Shown: positions 1 through 14,703 of the stretch, in pieces
How the letters are laid out: each line of letters begins with the position of its first letter
Position numbering within the stretch: the first letter of the stretch is position 1
DNA from: a virus
Taxonomy: Duplodnaviria; Heunggongvirae; Uroviricota; Caudoviricetes
DNA length: 51,594 nucleotides
Direction: 5' to 3' (one strand)
IMG/VR virus record: IMGVR_UViG_2563366877_000002
The notes under the pieces: model-generated
Databases searched by the model: none
Seen by the model: the letters and a program-made list of their open reading frames with translations, nothing else
Told to the model about the DNA's origin: nothing
Program-made: the position numbers and the translations under genes

Positions 1-1284
1 TTACAGACTTCTGGAAGGTTGCGCAGCTCTTACAACACGCGGTTGATCTTCCGCGGCGTCTTCCAGCGCACTTAAATCACGGTCTTTCACTTCTGGCATT
101 TTCAGCGCAGAGATTAAACCAATCACTGAATATGCCATGATCATAATGGCGATCGGATACCAGGATTCCGTCATGGTGCAGAAAATACCCGCCAGGATAG
201 GACCTAAACCGGAAGCGATAAGACCACCAATTTCTTTAGAAATAGCCATCCGGGTAAAGCGGTTTTTACAGCCGAACATTTCTGCCATGGTAATATTTTC
301 CAGAGCAAATAATCCCAGCACCGCACAGTTATGAATCACAATCAGTGCAACCATAATGGTGCTCGGGGCATAGCTTTTATCTACGATGATAGAAAGCATT
401 GGCCATGCCAGCACAATCGCGGAGGTATTCATAATAATATACGGGATCCGGCGACCAATTTTATCGGATAACCAACCAAGGAACGGAATGGTCATAAAGC
501 CGAGAATCGAACTGATCATCAATGCATCTGTTGGAATTGCTTTGTTAAACAATAACGTCTGCACTAAATAGCCCGCAAGGAAAGTCTGAATTAAACCTGA
601 GTTACCCGCCTGACCAAAACGCAGCCCTGTTGCCAGCCAGAAGGATTTGCTCTGGAACATGCTACCAGCAGGTGCAGGTTTTGCTGTCGGTTGGTTGCTG
701 TCGTTAACCTTCTCAAAAACCGGGCTTTCTTTCAGATTCATACGCAACCAGATAGCAAAGACCATCACGACAACGCTCGCCAGGAACGGTATACGCCATC
801 CCCACGCCAGCAGTTCCTCTTTACTGAGAATGAAGAACATAAAGGCCCAGATTGCCGTTGCGCTTAAAGTTCCGCAGTTAGTTCCCATAGCCACAAATGA
901 GGAGATAATTCCGCGCTTACCTTTTGGCGCATATTCCGCCAGCATCGTACCGGCACCGGAAATTTCCGCACCTGCACCCAATCCCTGAATAATACGCAGC
1001 GTCACCAGCAAGATGGGGGCAAAAACACCAATCTGTGCATAGGTCGGTAACACACCAATTAAGGTGGTACAGATCCCCATCATGGTGATGGTAATAAAGA
1101 GCACTTTTTTACGCCCTATTCTGTCGCCCATTTTGCCGAAAATAAATGCTCCGACAATACGCGCCACATAACCTGCACCGTAGGTTCCCATTGCCAGAAT
1201 TAACGCCATTGCCGTTGATGATTCAGGAAAAAATATTTCATGAAACACTAACGCTGCGCCGAGCGAATATAACTGGAAATCCAT
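1..1284 (-). CDS. ydfJ: MFS transporter, metabolite:H+ symporter type (host gene at prophage edge)
   Basis: 427-aa ORF with GxxxDRxGRK loop motif (GKMGDRIGRKK) and multiple hydrophobic spans; symbol from remembered synteny next to Qin pin/ydfK, not from a search. Confidence 0.6.
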   Translation of the reverse strand: MDFQLYSLGAALVFHEIFFPESSTAMALILAMGTYGAGYVARIVGAFIFGKMGDRIGRKKVLFITITMMGICTTLIGVLPTYAQIGVFAPILLVTLRIIQGLGAGAEISGAGTMLAEYAPKGKRGIISSFVAMGTNCGTLSATAIWAFMFFILSKEELLAWGWRIPFLASVVVMVFAIWLRMNLKESPVFEKVNDSNQPTAKPAPAGSMFQSKSFWLATGLRFGQAGNSGLIQTFLAGYLVQTLLFNKAIPTDALMISSILGFMTIPFLGWLSDKIGRRIPYIIMNTSAIVLAWPMLSIIVDKSYAPSTIMVALIVIHNCAVLGLFALENITMAEMFGCKNRFTRMAISKEIGGLIASGLGPILAGIFCTMTESWYPIAIMIMAYSVIGLISALKMPEVKDRDLSALEDAAEDQPRVVRAAQPSRSL

Positions 1285-1888
1285 AATTCACAGGTGTTTT
1301 TTCCCATCCTGTGGTTTCCTTGGCGTTTTCTAGGTTTTTTCAGATAGTTGCATTTTTTAAAAAGCATCCTAAGTTCGATCTCAGTGTCTATCTGGGGCCT
1401 ATTTCTGTCCCATATATGCCCCAAAAAAAACTCCCCAACAGATAAGTAGTTTTTTCATGGATTTATGCGTAAAATCAAGAACGGCTGGAAATCATTCAAT
1501 ACTCACACTATCGAAAAATTTACCAGCCAACCGCAGCACGTTCTTGCATAAGGCGTGTCTGCGGTTTTTCAACTATTCAGATACATCACTCCCATCACAT
1601 TCATTCCTCCGCATCAAAGGCATATAGGCTATATCACCTTGATATTTTTATTTTTCAGATAAAAACTGTTATCTATGTATACTTTTAAACCCAATCCGTG
1701 TAGAGTCTCTGCATAAGATAGTTTGCAGTTGCCGCTTCAGCTTGCGCCATAAACCGCCTGATTTTTGCTGCCACCTGTTAGCATTCCTGTATACCTGAAA
1801 CGACAATGTTTATCTACGAACTTTAAGAACACCCAAGATAAAAATTGTCAACTATATCATATATAACACATTACTAATTCGAGGCTAT

Positions 1889-2002
1889 ATGAACAGCATA
1901 CTGATAATCACATCTCTCCTTATCATATTCAGCATTTTTAGTCATGCCCTAATAAAATTAGGGATTGGCATATCCAATAACCCAGACAAAACCGATGTAT
2001 AA
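1889..2002 (+). CDS. candidate 37-aa small hydrophobic protein ([37 protein letters not shown])
   Basis: ATG preceded by GAGG about 5 nt upstream; one predicted transmembrane span; not in ORF track (below 60 aa); hand translated. Confidence 0.3.
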
Positions 2003-2070
2003 GTCAACATATCCTGAATCAGACATACAATATCGCAATGAAAATCAATAATATTTTAAGGAATATCTTC

Positions 2071-2304
2071 ATGAAATCAAAAGACACCCTAAAGTGGTTC
2101 CCTGCGCAGCTTCCTGAAGTAAGAATTATCCTAGGGGATGCTGTAGTGGAAGTAGCAAAACAGGGAAGACCTATCAATACCAGAACATTGCTTGATTACA
2201 TTGAAGGAAACATAAAGAAAAAATCATGGCTGGATAACAAAGAATTATTACAAACAGCGATATCAGTTCTTAAAGACAACCAAAATTTAAATGGTAAAAT
2301 GTAA
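2071..2304 (+). CDS. ydfK: YdfK/YnaE-like small protein (cold-shock-associated prophage gene)
   Basis: 77 aa from internal Met of track ORF 2038-2304; sits immediately upstream of pin as ydfK does in Qin; identity from memory. Confidence 0.5.
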   Translation: MKSKDTLKWFPAQLPEVRIILGDAVVEVAKQGRPINTRTLLDYIEGNIKKKSWLDNKELLQTAISVLKDNQNLNGKM

Positions 2305-2620
2305 TATAATAAACTTACTTTTTTATCATTTTTCCACTTTAACAACATTTTGCTCCACTTTTCCACGACCAAACAACTTGAAATCTGGTTAAAATAACAC
2401 GCAACACTATTCTTCTTCCTTGAGTCCGCCCGGAACTCGAAAAACAAACCGAGTTAAAGCCATTTTTCACAAAATCGATTTTGGGTCTCACCAAAATTAC
2501 GGGGTTGCATACGCATTCGTTTATTTTCGAACGTGTACATACAAATATGCACAAAAATAATCAAAATTATTTTCTGAGATGCATTATGATATGAACACCA
2601 ATTTCGTATAGAGTCTCACT

Positions 2621-3211
2621 ATGTCTCGAATTTTTGCTTACTGTCGGATATCAACGCTGGATCAGACCACCGAAAATCAACGCCGGGAAATCGAAAGTGC
2701 AGGTTTTAAAATCAAACCTCAGCAAATAATCGAAGAACACATTAGCGGCTCAGCAGCAACCAGTGAGCGTCCTGGTTTTAACCGGTTGCTTGCTCGCCTG
2801 AAATGTGGTGATCAATTGATTGTGACAAAACTGGATCGCCTTGGTTGTAATGCAATGGATATCAGGAAAACAGTGGAACAACTGACCGAAACAGGTATCA
2901 GAGTGCATTGCTTAGCATTGGGGGGCATTGACCTGACCAGTCCAACAGGAAAAATGATGATGCAAGTAATTTCAGCAGTCGCTGAATTTGAACGAGACCT
3001 TTTACTTGAACGCACTCATTCCGGGATAGTAAGAGCCCGGGGCGCAGGGAAACGTTTTGGTCGACCACCTGTGTTAAATGAAGAACAGAAACAGGTGGTA
3101 TTCGAACGAATTAAGTCAGGTGTAAGTATAAGTGCCATTGCCCGGGAATTCAAAACCTCGCGGCAAACCATTTTAAGAGCCAAAGCAAAACTTCAGACAC
3201 CTGACATATAA
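2621..3211 (+). CDS. pinQ: serine recombinase / DNA invertase, Pin-Hin-Gin family
   Basis: 196 aa; N-terminal catalytic region CRISTLDQ with Ser, C-terminal HTH; convergent with tfa. Confidence 0.85.
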
Positions 3212-3308
3212 AAAATAATCTCGGTGTGAGATGCTTTACGTCTTCCAAGCCACCTTCCTTGCCGTAAATGGAAAGATACATCTAATTATAGAATTTATAT
3301 GTTTTACC

Positions 3309-3884
3309 CTACGGCAGTGCTGGCCATTCAATATCCTGTGCAGTTGACGTATCAACACGGTTCAGCAATACCCGATACTTTTTCCATGCTTCCAGCAACG
3401 AGATTTCTTCCTCCGTTGCAATTTCCAGATCTGCAGCATCCTGAAGCGGCGCAATATGCTCACTGGCTACCTGCATCAGGCTGTTTTTTGTTTCTTCCGC
3501 CTCCCGGATCCGGAACAGTTTTTCTGCTTCCGTATCCTTCACCCAGGCTGTGCCGTTCCACTTCTGATATTCCCCTCCCGGCGATAACCAGGTAACATTT
3601 TCCGGTAACGGACCGAGTTCAGAAATAAATAACGCGTCGCCGGAAGCCACGTCATAAACCGTTTTACCCCGATGTTCTTCAACGAGATGCCACGATGCCT
3701 CATCACTGTTGAAAACAGCCACGAAGCCTGCCGGAATATCTGGCGGTGCAATATCGATACTGTTTGCTGGCAGACCTGTATGAGGCGGAATATATGCGTC
3801 ACCTTCACCAATAAATTCATTAGTTCCGGCCAGCAGATTATAAATTTTTATGGTCCGTGGTTGTTCACTCATTCTGAATGCCAT
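3309..3884 (-). CDS. tfa: tail fiber assembly protein Tfa
   Basis: 191 aa, lambda Tfa-like; start overlaps stf stop (ATGA). Confidence 0.85.
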   Translation of the reverse strand: MAFRMSEQPRTIKIYNLLAGTNEFIGEGDAYIPPHTGLPANSIDIAPPDIPAGFVAVFNSDEASWHLVEEHRGKTVYDVASGDALFISELGPLPENVTWLSPGGEYQKWNGTAWVKDTEAEKLFRIREAEETKNSLMQVASEHIAPLQDAADLEIATEEEISLLEAWKKYRVLLNRVDTSTAQDIEWPALP

Positions 3885-6800
3885 TATGCAAGCCTCACAA
3901 TATAGTTAAATGCGATGTTTTTGACGGTGTTTTCCGCGTTACCAGCAGCGTTAACGGTGATGGTATGTCCATGTGAACCAATCGCAACGGAGTGCGTATG
4001 AGCACCAATACCGACAGTATGTGCGTGTGCACCTGCGCTTGCAGCAGTACCCGATACAGAGTGCGTATGAGCGCCTGCAGAAGAAGTGTTAACACTGTAT
4101 TTAGAATAATCAGGTGATCCACTTCCCGGAGCACCACTGGAACCACCTGAAACAAATGTCATCGAATGGGTATGTGCACCGGCTGAAGCAGCCGTACCGC
4201 TAACACTATGGGTATGCGCACCAGTGTTATTCGTGGATTTAGTGCCGTAATCAAACGACGATGTGGTTTTCGTCCCCAAATCCGTACTGGATACGCTGGC
4301 GCTGTGGGTGTGTGATTTAATGCCGTCCTGTTCCTGAGACAATACGGCTCGATCACTGGCGGGCTTGCCCTTAATCGTCCAGCCACGCATATCAGGGATC
4401 ACGCCTGACGGATAAGCGGCTGCAAGTTTCGGGTAAGCAGATTTGTCAAAAGTCTGCCCCTGCATCAGGGCATAACCAGACGGAACGGTATCTGATGGCC
4501 ACGGGATTGGTGCACCGACTGGATAAAACTCTGCAGGAGGATGAGCCGAGGTGTAAAGCTGCGCCCACGGCGACCAGTTTGCGTCGGTCGTATCCCGTCG
4601 TGAACGAATAAATGCCGGAGCATGAGCACCGCTTGTACCACTCCAGCCGATGAGTAACTCACCTTCGCCAACGGCTGTCATCCCTTTCAGGTGAATGATA
4701 TTTCCATACGCTGTTGGATATCCGTTGTTATACACCTCGTATAACTCAAGACCTGTTGCCCCCTGCGTATTGTCTGTCAGCGCGGTTACCCGACCTTTTG
4801 AAGACAGATTAACTGATGATACTGCTGTTCCACCTGACGGTAACGCCCCGATCTCTGATGCCGTTGGCTTATTTCTGGAGTTATAGTCCCTTCGCCAGCC
4901 AGGTGAATAATCTGTTCCGTGATTAATATAGGTAAACTGGGCGTTAGTTGTTCCACCACCAGTGGAGGTGGTCGGTGTGGTAATGCGGATCGTCATCGCT
5001 GACTTTATCCCCATTACTTCAATGACAGCTCCGGCGAGATGAATATTACCGCAGCCAGTATCAGTAATGATTTTATTATTGCCATAAGACCAGGAACCCT
5101 TGCACATCCAGTATGGATGGTTAAATGCTCCCTGAGAATCCAGCCACTCGATAAACTGTGCAGTCGTCCAGTTTCCTGTTGTTGTGCTTACTGACCCACC
5201 GAAGGCACGGCAGGCACCAATATTTTTCGTAAAGGTGTCTTTGCCAGGGATATCCGCACCGTTCTGATCTTTCTGCAGACGTTTCTCAGCATTGTCATTG
5301 GCTGCTTTTACTGCCTTTGGCGTTGCCGCCAGCGTTTCAGACGTGCTGTTGGTCGCGCTGCTTAGCTGGATTATCCCTTTCTGTGCTGTCGTTGCATCCT
5401 GTGCGGTGTATTTCCCGTTAGCCAGGTCATACGCGGCCTTAACGGCTTTTGGCGTTGCCGCCAGTGACTCGGAAGTGCTGTTGGTCGCACTGCTGAGCTG
5501 TACTATCCCCTTTTTCGTCGTGCTCGCATCCTCAAGCGCCACGGCGGATGCAATATCCTCTGCCCGTTTTGCCGCTGTCTCAGCGCGCGTTGCTGCAGAT
5601 TCCGCCGTACTTTTGCTCTGAGCTGCTGCCGTCGCACTGCCAGCTGCCTCTGTCGCCTTCGTGGATGCCGTCGTGGCGCTACCCTTCGCTGCTGACGCCT
5701 GTCTGGTCGCCTCATCTTTTGAAGCAGACGCAGATGATGCCGATGACGACGCCGAACTGGCTGACGATGCGGCAGCCGTTTTTGAGGATTCTGCGCTGGT
5801 TTCCGACGCTTTCGCGTTCGTTTCGGATGTCTTCGCTGCGGAAGCAGACCTCGCTGCTGCGCTGGCCTGTTCAGTGGCTTCGCCAGCCTTCGTTGTGGCT
5901 GTTGAAGCAGACGATGCGGCGCTTTCTGCCGATTTTCCGGCGGCGGTGGCACTGGCTGAGGCCTGCCCGGCACTTGTTGACGCTGCACTGGCAGACGACG
6001 CAGCCGCTGTTTTTGAGCCTGCCGCAGCCGAGGCGCTCTGTCCCGCTGCCGTTTCAGAAGACCTGGCGTTCGTCTCTGACGTTTTTGCCGCCTTCGCGGA
6101 ATTTCCTGCCGCTGTTGCCGAGGAAGCTGCGCTACTGGCGCTCGAGGATGCGTTCGTTTCTGATGATTTTGCCGCCTCTTTTGAAACCGCCGCATCCCGG
6201 GCTGAGGTGGCAGCTTCTGACGCTTTCGTAGTCGCGGTGGATGCAGAAGTGGCTGCTGATTGTTGTGACGCTGCAGCATTCGTTTCTGACGTTTTCGCGG
6301 CACTGGCACTGGTAGCTGCCGCGCTTTTTGAGGACTCTGCAGCGGCAGCACTTTTTGATGCTTCAGTGGCCTTTGTTGATGCCGTTCCTGCGCTGGAAGT
6401 CGCTGACTGAGCCGACGACGCGGCCTGTCCGGCTGACGTGCTGGCTGCGCGTGCTGAGCCTGCAGCATCAGTCGCATGGGTTGCCGCCTCACGGGCTGAT
6501 GTGCTGGCATCACTGGCTGACTTCTTCGCGGCTGCCGTGTTCTGTGCCACCACGGACGCGTTACGCGCCACCTCTTCCACCATCAGCTCAAAACGGCGCA
6601 GTGCCTCCGGACGGGCATCATCCTCCGTCATGGCACCGAGAAAATCATTCAGCGTACCGGGTCGGGAATCTTCATACACTGTGATGGTCCCGGCATGTGA
6701 CGGCGGGAATCCTTCCACCAACAGAATAACGCTGTACTGACCGTACTCAACGTCCATACTGTAACGCCCGGCTTCATCCGGATTTTCAGATGCCAGCGTG

Positions 6801-6907
6801 TTCACCACCACCGTGGTACTGTTACGTTTTGCTTTCAGCTGGATTGTGCAGTTCTGTACCGGTTTTCCTGTGCCGTCTTTCAGTACACCTGAAATTTTTA
6901 CTGCCAT
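3884..6907 (-). CDS. stf: side tail fiber protein Stf (long form)
   Basis: N-terminus [26 protein letters not shown] as lambda Stf; long Ala/Ser/Thr-rich shaft; C-terminal GAHTHS His-rich repeats; start taken at lambda-equivalent Met. Confidence 0.85.
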   Translation of the reverse strand: MAVKISGVLKDGTGKPVQNCTIQLKAKRNSTTVVVNTLASENPDEAGRYSMDVEYGQYSVILLVEGFPPSHAGTITVYEDSRPGTLNDFLGAMTEDDARPEALRRFELMVEEVARNASVVAQNTAAAKKSASDASTSAREAATHATDAAGSARAASTSAGQAASSAQSATSSAGTASTKATEASKSAAAAESSKSAAATSASAAKTSETNAAASQQSAATSASTATTKASEAATSARDAAVSKEAAKSSETNASSSASSAASSATAAGNSAKAAKTSETNARSSETAAGQSASAAAGSKTAAASSASAASTSAGQASASATAAGKSAESAASSASTATTKAGEATEQASAAARSASAAKTSETNAKASETSAESSKTAAASSASSASSSASSASASKDEATRQASAAKGSATTASTKATEAAGSATAAAQSKSTAESAATRAETAAKRAEDIASAVALEDASTTKKGIVQLSSATNSTSESLAATPKAVKAAYDLANGKYTAQDATTAQKGIIQLSSATNSTSETLAATPKAVKAANDNAEKRLQKDQNGADIPGKDTFTKNIGACRAFGGSVSTTTGNWTTAQFIEWLDSQGAFNHPYWMCKGSWSYGNNKIITDTGCGNIHLAGAVIEVMGIKSAMTIRITTPTTSTGGGTTNAQFTYINHGTDYSPGWRRDYNSRNKPTASEIGALPSGGTAVSSVNLSSKGRVTALTDNTQGATGLELYEVYNNGYPTAYGNIIHLKGMTAVGEGELLIGWSGTSGAHAPAFIRSRRDTTDANWSPWAQLYTSAHPPAEFYPVGAPIPWPSDTVPSGYALMQGQTFDKSAYPKLAAAYPSGVIPDMRGWTIKGKPASDRAVLSQEQDGIKSHTHSASVSSTDLGTKTTSSFDYGTKSTNNTGAHTHSVSGTAASAGAHTHSMTFVSGGSSGAPGSGSPDYSKYSVNTSSAGAHTHSVSGTAASAGAHAHTVGIGAHTHSVAIGSHGHTITVNAAGNAENTVKNIAFNYIVRLA

Positions 6908-6916
6908 ATTCACCCC

Positions 6917-6945
6917 ACAAAAAAGCCCGCCTGAACCGGCGGGCT
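6917..6945 (-). terminator. rho-independent terminator downstream of lom
   Basis: GC stem agcccgcc/ggcgggct followed by T-run on minus strand. Confidence 0.5.
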
Positions 6946-6971
6946 GTCATAACACTGTGTTACCTGGCTAA

Positions 6972-7571
6972 TCAGAATTTATAACCAACACCCACGATGA
7001 ACCCGTCAGTGCGCCAGTCACCACTGCCGGAGCCTTCATAAGCGACATCAATGGCCACGGATTCGGTCGGGTTAAACTGCACGCCAGCTCCCCACGCCAG
7101 AGACGTGTTGCTGTGGCGACCGTCATCACTTCCGGTCAGCACATCGTGCTTTTTCCCCTTGTTGTCAGTTACGCGGAGATAATCCCCGGAGAAAGTCGAC
7201 ACACGGCTGTAAGCCACACCCGCCATCGCATACGCGCTGAACCATTCATTCACGCGCACAGACGGCCCCGCCATTACGCTGAACCAGCGGTTACGAACGG
7301 AATCTTCATGCCAGCGGGTATCGCTGTAACGGGTAATCTGGCGATTCTTGTCTCCTGCATAGCTGAACGACGTCACCATCCCCAGTGTGTCCGTAAACTC
7401 ATAACGGTATTTCACGTTAATCCCGTTCAGATCATCACTGCCGGGAACGTTCGTCCGGGCATGAAGATACCCCGCGCTCAGCGTGGACTGATGTTCAGAC
7501 GCCCATGCAGGCGCACCGGATACGGCCAGACAAATGGCTGCGGACAAAATGGCGGCATAAAGTTTACGCAT
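6972..7571 (-). CDS. lom: outer membrane protein Lom (Ail/Lom family)
   Basis: 199 aa with signal peptide and beta-barrel pattern ending in aromatic residue (GVGYKF). Confidence 0.85.
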   Translation of the reverse strand: MRKLYAAILSAAICLAVSGAPAWASEHQSTLSAGYLHARTNVPGSDDLNGINVKYRYEFTDTLGMVTSFSYAGDKNRQITRYSDTRWHEDSVRNRWFSVMAGPSVRVNEWFSAYAMAGVAYSRVSTFSGDYLRVTDNKGKKHDVLTGSDDGRHSNTSLAWGAGVQFNPTESVAIDVAYEGSGSGDWRTDGFIVGVGYKF

Positions 7572-7593
7572 AATTACCTCTCGCTTTTCTGCA

Positions 7594-7620
7594 ATAAAAA
7601 AGGCGTCATTTCTGACGCCC
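7594..7620 (-). terminator. rho-independent terminator after the original end of J
   Basis: stem ggcgtca/tgacgcc plus T-run on minus strand, between reconstructed J stop (7638) and lom. Confidence 0.5.
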
Positions 7621-7721
7621 GTTCTGGGTTATAAAATTCAGCTGATACTGATACCTGCTGTGGATTTTTTCATCACCACAACCAGCAGATCGCTGATACT
7701 GGTTGTTGGTGTATGTAGTGG

Positions 7722-12300
<4,579 letters not shown>

Positions 12301-12357
12301 TCACGCTCCATAAACGACAAAACCGCCCGCAGGCGGTTTCACATAAAACATTTTGCA

Positions 12358-13029
12358 TCAGCGACCAATCACCACAACCTGACCACCGTCCCCTTCGTCT
12401 GCCGTGCTGATCTCCTGAGAAACCACGCGTGACCCCACGCGCATTTCACCGTACAGAACCGGCAGAACATTGCCCTGGGCAACCATGTTATCCAGTGAGG
12501 AGAAATAGGTGTTCTGTTTGCCGTTATCCGTTGTCTGTGTACGGGGAGTTCTGGCTTTCGGTGCCAGCATCTGCGCCACACCACCGAGCACCATACTGGC
12601 ACCGAGAGAAAACAGGATGCCGGTCATACCACCGGCCCCAATGGCTGCCCCCCATGCTGCAAGGGTGGCTCCGGCGGTAAAGAATGATCCGGCAATGGCG
12701 GCAGCCCCCAGGACAATCTGGAATACGCCACCTGACTTGGCCCCGGCGACTCTGGGAACAATATGAATCACAGCGCCATCAGGCAGAGTCTCATGTAACT
12801 GCGCCGTTAACCCGGACGTGCTGACGTCCCGCCCGGCAATCCGTACCTGATACCAGCCGTCGCTCAGTTTCTGACGAAACGCCGGGAGCTGTGTGGCCAG
12901 TGCCCGGATGGCTTCAGCCCCCGTTTTCACACGAAGGTCGATGCGGCGACCAAATCGTTGTAAATCCCCGTAAAGGCAGATGCGCGCCATGCCCGGTGAC
13001 GCCAGAGGGAGTGTGTGCGTCGCTGCCAT
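12358..13029 (-). CDS. I: tail tip assembly protein I
   Basis: 223 aa, lambda gpI-like. Confidence 0.9.
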   Translation of the reverse strand: MAATHTLPLASPGMARICLYGDLQRFGRRIDLRVKTGAEAIRALATQLPAFRQKLSDGWYQVRIAGRDVSTSGLTAQLHETLPDGAVIHIVPRVAGAKSGGVFQIVLGAAAIAGSFFTAGATLAAWGAAIGAGGMTGILFSLGASMVLGGVAQMLAPKARTPRTQTTDNGKQNTYFSSLDNMVAQGNVLPVLYGEMRVGSRVVSQEISTADEGDGGQVVVIGR

Positions 13030-13670
13030 TTGTCGGTGTACCTCTCTCGTTTGCTCAGTTGTTCAGGAATATGGTGCAGCAGCTCGCCGTCGCCGCAGTA
13101 AATTGCGGCGTGATTCGGCACCGATGAACCAAAACAGCACAGCAGCACATCGCCCGGCTGTGCCGCTGACAACGGCACCTGATACAGCCCCGTCGCCTCC
13201 AGATTATCCAGATAGAGATTCTGGCCGTTACGCCACCAGTCATCCTCACGATGAAAGTCCGGCATCTCAATCCCCGCCAGATGATAAGCATCCCGGAACA
13301 GTGTGTAACAGTCCGTCACACCGTGCTCAAAGCGCCGCCCGGTGAGATGCGGCACACAGCGGAACTTATGAATCGTCCCCCGGCAGACCAGCCACCACGG
13401 CAAATCACTCTGCACCTGCAGCCGCCGGTCGGCCTCACTCAGCCAGGGCAGACCACCGGGGTGGCTGTGGACCAGCGCCACAATCTCACCCTGCATTTCT
13501 GCCTGCAGCCAGTCTTCCGGCGACATACGGAAATACGCCTCCGGCTCACCGGAGATATTCACGCAGGGGAAATATCTTTCCCCCTCCGGCGTGCTTACCA
13601 CGAAGCCGCACGACTCCGCTGGCGCACATCGCCGGGCGTGCGCCAGAATCGCTGATTCTGTCTGTGTCAT
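12927..13670 (-). CDS. K: tail tip assembly protein K (MPN/JAMM plus NlpC/P60-like)
   Basis: 247-aa ORF starting 5 nt after L stop; JAMM motif HSHPGGLPWLSEAD; shorter 199-aa start at Met49 (13526) is the alternative. Confidence 0.8.
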   Translation of the reverse strand: MTQTESAILAHARRCAPAESCGFVVSTPEGERYFPCVNISGEPEAYFRMSPEDWLQAEMQGEIVALVHSHPGGLPWLSEADRRLQVQSDLPWWLVCRGTIHKFRCVPHLTGRRFEHGVTDCYTLFRDAYHLAGIEMPDFHREDDWWRNGQNLYLDNLEATGLYQVPLSAAQPGDVLLCCFGSSVPNHAAIYCGDGELLHHIPEQLSKRERYTDKWQRRTHSLWRHRAWRASAFTGIYNDLVAASTFV

Positions 13671-13675
13671 GGGAT

Positions 13676-14374
13676 TTACTGCGAAAGTTTGTTAATGGAA
13701 AGGAAGCCGCCAAAGTTGCCGACGTTATTGCGGAACTTACAACCGCTCAGGCATTTGCTGCATTTATCCTTCGTGATATCGGACGTTGGCTGGTCATATT
13801 CATCCGCGACAGCCGGACCGCTATAACCGCACTCGTCACCGCGATAGGTCCAGGTGCAGGTGTTGGCCAGCATGATACGTCCCGGAAAAACAGCGCCATC
13901 CGTTTCCGTCGGCGTGGACAGTACAAAAGAGGCACTCACCGCGCTCAGTTCGCTGCACTGCTCAATGCGCCAGCGGCTGATCACCTCCTGCTCCGGATCG
14001 GCGCCACTGTTTCCGTTGACGAAGTTCACCGCATCCAGAAAACGGGCGTAAACCTTACGCCGGACCACCGTTCCACCGACCAGACTCTGCAGATCTTCCG
14101 CCATCCCGGTGACCATACCGTACAGGTTAGAAACCGTCAGTGTGGGGCGCGTACTGGTGCCTTTGCCATTCAGTTCAAAACCACTCCCCTGAATGGGATA
14201 CGGCTGATACTGTCGCCCCTGCCAGGTGACCGGCTCACCTTTTTCGTTCTGCTCATTACAGAAAAAATAACGTTCTCCACCGACCTCTGTCAGGTCGATT
14301 TCCCAGAGCACCACGCTGGCCGACTGCTCCGCACGGGTGCATTCATTCAGTGTTTCCTGCCGGATATCCTGCAT
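13676..14374 (-). CDS. L: tail tip protein L
   Basis: 232 aa, lambda gpL-like. Confidence 0.9.
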   Translation of the reverse strand: MQDIRQETLNECTRAEQSASVVLWEIDLTEVGGERYFFCNEQNEKGEPVTWQGRQYQPYPIQGSGFELNGKGTSTRPTLTVSNLYGMVTGMAEDLQSLVGGTVVRRKVYARFLDAVNFVNGNSGADPEQEVISRWRIEQCSELSAVSASFVLSTPTETDGAVFPGRIMLANTCTWTYRGDECGYSGPAVADEYDQPTSDITKDKCSKCLSGCKFRNNVGNFGGFLSINKLSQ

Positions 14375-14703
14375 CAGTTCACCACCTGTTCAAACTCTGC
14401 GCTGAACTCAACACGCAGCATACTGACCCGCGACGACCATTTTGCGCAGGTCACCTTTATCTGCCGCCACTCATAAGGCGGCGTCCACAGAAAGGCTTTC
14501 CAGCCCCCGTGCTCAGCCAGAAACGACTCCAGCGCCGTGGCCTCCCAACGGGGAACAGAAAACGTCACGCTGTACGTTTTCAGGTCGGCATTCAGCCCGG
14601 CAGGCGCTCGCTGGGAATAGCCATCACCAAAGCGCACTTTCCTGACGGAAGGGGCCGAAGCCACATCCATACCGGGTTTCACTTTCCAGCGGAAGGTCTT
14701 CAT
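14374..14703 (-). CDS. M: tail tip protein M
   Basis: 109 aa, lambda gpM-like. Confidence 0.9.
   Translation of the reverse strand: MKTFRWKVKPGMDVASAPSVRKVRFGDGYSQRAPAGLNADLKTYSVTFSVPRWEATALESFLAEHGGWKAFLWTPPYEWRQIKVTCAKWSSRVSMLRVEFSAEFEQVVN

Noticed and set aside
1691-2617. Imperfect direct repeat (ccaatccgtgtagagtctc at 1691-1709 versus ccaatttcgtatagagtctc at 2598-2617) flanking ydfK, one copy abutting the pin start codon
   Set aside because: 17 of 19 matching with an indel is not statistically compelling in a 51-kb window and does not resemble Din-family crossover sites; possibly a duplicated promoter fragment, but unsupported.
4900-6500. Repetitive DNA in stf considered as a possible CRISPR or tandem-repeat locus
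   Set aside because: Repeats are in-frame coding repeats of the tail fibre shaft, with no regular repeat-spacer structure.
5292-6740. Arg-rich (5503-6513, minus) and Ala/Leu-rich (5548-6231, 5661-6410, 6328-6740, plus) ORFs in the stf region
   Set aside because: Alternative-frame artefacts of the repetitive Ala/Ser-coding shaft of stf; compositionally implausible proteins.
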